A stretch of DNA of 64,000 bases from Dictyostelium discoideum (Eukaryota): positions 960,001 to 1,024,000 of the forward strand of contig CM000150.2 in the NCBI GenBank assembly GCA_000004695.1. The letters are read 5' to 3'. The position numbers and the translations under genes were made by a program. Positions 60,423 through 64,000 of the stretch are shown piece after piece (the stretch's first letter is position 1; every line of letters starts with the position of its first letter). The notes under the pieces are model-generated. The model made no database searches. It worked only from the letters and a program-made list of their open reading frames with translations, and was not told the origin of the DNA.

Positions 60423-62127
60423 ATGATAAATCAACAATATATGGACATTTTAAAATTGCCATTAGAGTTATTAGAAAAGATATTTAAATTTTTAGAACAG
60501 AAATCATTATGTTCTACATCATTAGTTAATAAACAATGGAATCATACAGTAAATTTAGTTTGGCATACTATAGATCTTTCTAAATCACATAGTCATTTCA
60601 CTCACTTGGCCTCAAAAGTGAAATCTCTCTCAAAAAATAATAAAGGTGGCAAAAAAATAAGAGTACTCGAAACAATATGTAATAATTTAGTATCAAACAA
60701 TGGCTTCTTAATACCTCCACTCTCTAATAAGAATAATCCAATCTTTAAAAAGAATTATAATAGTAGTAGCAGTAGTAACAGTAACAGTAACAGTAACAGT
60801 AGTAGTAGTAGTAGTAGTAGTAGCAATAATAGTAATTATATAGAAAATAACAGAGAAATAGTACCGATAGAAAATAATAATAATATAATAGAATCAAATA
60901 ATGAAAAAGAATTTATAAAAGATAATTTAAATTTACAATTTTATTATAATAATGATAATGAAAATAATAATAATAGTAAAAATTATAATAATAGTAGTAA
61001 TGATAATGATAAAGAATTAACAGTTGAAGAAATAATATTTAATAAAAAACAATTAAAAAGTAATGGCAGTAGAAATAAATTAGAGAAAGAGATTGAAGAT
61101 AGAATTGAGAAAAGGATGGACCACTTTTTTAAATCAATTTGTAATAGATTTCAAAGGGTTGAAGTTTTAGATTTATCAGGTTGTACAGATTTAAAAATGG
61201 ATTCAATAATGTTATTGGTTAGATCATTTTCACAAACTCTTAAAAAGTTAACTACACGTCGTTGCAAATCCCTCTCAATTACAGATGAAAGATTCTCACA
61301 AATCTTTCAATATTGTAAAAAGTTAACAACACTATCGTTGGGTGAAATGCCATTAATCGGTGACCAAACCATCACCCAACTTTCAATCCACTGTCCAAAT
61401 TTAGAAGCATTAGGCATTGCAAGATGTATAAATATTACTGATAAATCAATAATTACACTTTCAAAAGCATTAGTACAATATCAAGCAAAGAATAATAATT
61501 CAAATTCAAATTCAAATTCAAATAATAATCCAAATAATAATAATAATAATAACTATAGTAAATTAAAAATCATTGGATTAAATCATTTATCACATTTGTC
61601 GGATGAGTGTATATTAATGTTGGGTTTAAGTTGTAGTAAAACATTGAATATATTTAGTGTTTGCAATTTGGTGAATTTAACAAGTGATACATTGTCAAAG
61701 ATATTTTTAAATTGTACGCAATTGGGGTCAATTGATTTATCGGGTTGTGTGAATGCTGATGATACCGTATTGGAATCAATCGCTATGAAATGTGGTAACC
61801 TATTCCAATTAAATATTAGTAGACTACCAAAGGTGACTTCATCATCATTGAAATTGGTCGCTCAACATTGTAAATTAATCAGACTACTATTCATAAGTAA
61901 AACAATGGTAGATGATGATTGTATAGTCTATTGTGTTGATAATTTAAATTTATTGGAAGTTTTATTCGCAAGTCATTGTTCAAATTTAACTGATGTATCA
62001 ATTAAATCAATACTTGACCTTGGAACTGAAAGATTATCCTCAATGATTGTTAATTTTTCATCATGTATAAATATTTCAACTTCATTAATATCAATTTTAC
62101 AATCATTTACAAAGCCAACTCCAAATC

Positions 62128-62168
<41 letters not shown>

Positions 62169-62453
62169 TATAATAGTAATAGTAATAATAGTAGTAATGG
62201 AGGTAACAATAATAATAATAGTAATAATAATAATAATAATAATAATTATAATTATGGAGGTGGTAGTGGCAGTGGTAGTAATAGTTACACCAATAATTTT
62301 AATAGCAATGACCACTATAACAGTGGTAGTAATAGTAGTGGAAGTAATATTCATGGTGATAGTTTATATAGTTGTCAAAGTAATCACAGTAGTTATAATA
62401 GTTTTCGTAATAATCATTTAAGTAATATTATTGATGAGATTGAATTGACTTAA
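60423..62453 (+). CDS. F-box/LRR-repeat protein (FBXL-like) with Ser/Asn-rich low-complexity inserts
   Basis: 676-aa ORF. The F-box reads LPLELLEKIFKFLEQKSLCSTSLVNKQWNHTVNLVWHTIDLS. Cysteine-containing LRRs follow (LDLSGCTDLKMDSIMLL, ...LGIARCINITDKSIITL..., IDLSGCVNADDTVLESIAMKCGNL..., FASHCSNLTDVSIKSI). Confidence 0.8.
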
Positions 62454-62828
62454 TATATTACATTAAAATAAATAAAATATATAGTTTTTTTTTTTATACA
62501 AAAAAAAATAGTTTGAAAAAAATTATTTTATTTTATTTAATTTAATTAAATAATATGTTTATTTATTTTTATTGGCTATTTTTATTATCTCTTTTTATTT
62601 TATTTTATTTTATTTTATTTTATTTTATTTTATTTTATTTTATTTTATTTCCTAATAATTTATTCCTCAAACAAATATTTGATCAAAAAAAAAAAATTGA
62701 AAAAAAGTAAAAAAAAAAAATTAAAAAAATATTTTCACATTTTTTTATTAATTTTTTTTTTAAAAATTGTGAAGTGCACTAAATCAATTTTTTTTTTTTT
62801 TTTTTAAATTAAATTTTCATTTTTTTAA

Positions 62829-63978
<1,150 letters not shown>

Positions 63979-64000
63979 ATAATTATAATTATTATTTTAT

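Overview
This window reads as nuclear chromosomal DNA of a dictyostelid social amoeba, Dictyostelium discoideum-like. It is roughly 75-80% A+T, with intergenic spacers made of poly(A)/poly(T) and short AT-rich repeats. Introns are small (about 70-130 nt), AT-rich, and bounded by GTAAGT/GTATGT...(T)nAG. Coding regions carry (CAA)n poly-Gln and (AAT)n poly-Asn tracts. I can support about 28 protein-coding genes on both strands, most of them spliced. Several were rebuilt by hand, because the six-frame ORF track breaks them at introns or misses exons that lack an ATG. Recognisable products, in window order (the hypothetical genes at 23481-26657, 29851-30708 and 54659-55216 are given only in the feature list):
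- an NmrA-like protein (3' end only)
- two tandem expansin-like genes
- a secreted class A beta-lactamase-like protein with the SxxK, SDN and KSG motifs
- a ribosomal-L1-domain nucleolar protein with a K/P/V/E-rich tandem repeat
- a Maf nucleotide pyrophosphatase
- a RhoGEF with CH, IQ, DH and PH-like domains
- a cluster of four FNIP-repeat paralogues (three tandem on +, one inverted)
- a poly-Gln protein with a Cys-rich C-terminus
- the proteasome maturation factor POMP/Ump1
- a Cwc24/RNF113 splicing factor (CCCH plus RING)
- an R2R3 Myb transcription factor, preceded by an unusually long gene-free region of about 6.3 kb
- a neutral ceramidase (8 exons)
- nicotinate phosphoribosyltransferase
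- an NSUN5-like rRNA m5C methyltransferase
- a small conserved gene invisible to the ORF track
- a POT/PTR2 peptide transporter
- an F-box/LRR protein
- proteasome subunit alpha-5, which contains a 9-nt micro-exon
I see no rRNA, tRNA, CRISPR array, transposon or prokaryotic-style defence or operon system. The most notable items are the beta-lactamase-like gene (a possible bacterial acquisition), the FNIP-repeat paralogue cluster with intron presence/absence differences, the micro-exon, and the gene desert upstream of the Myb gene. Splice-junction coordinates were derived by eye and may be off by 1-3 nt.
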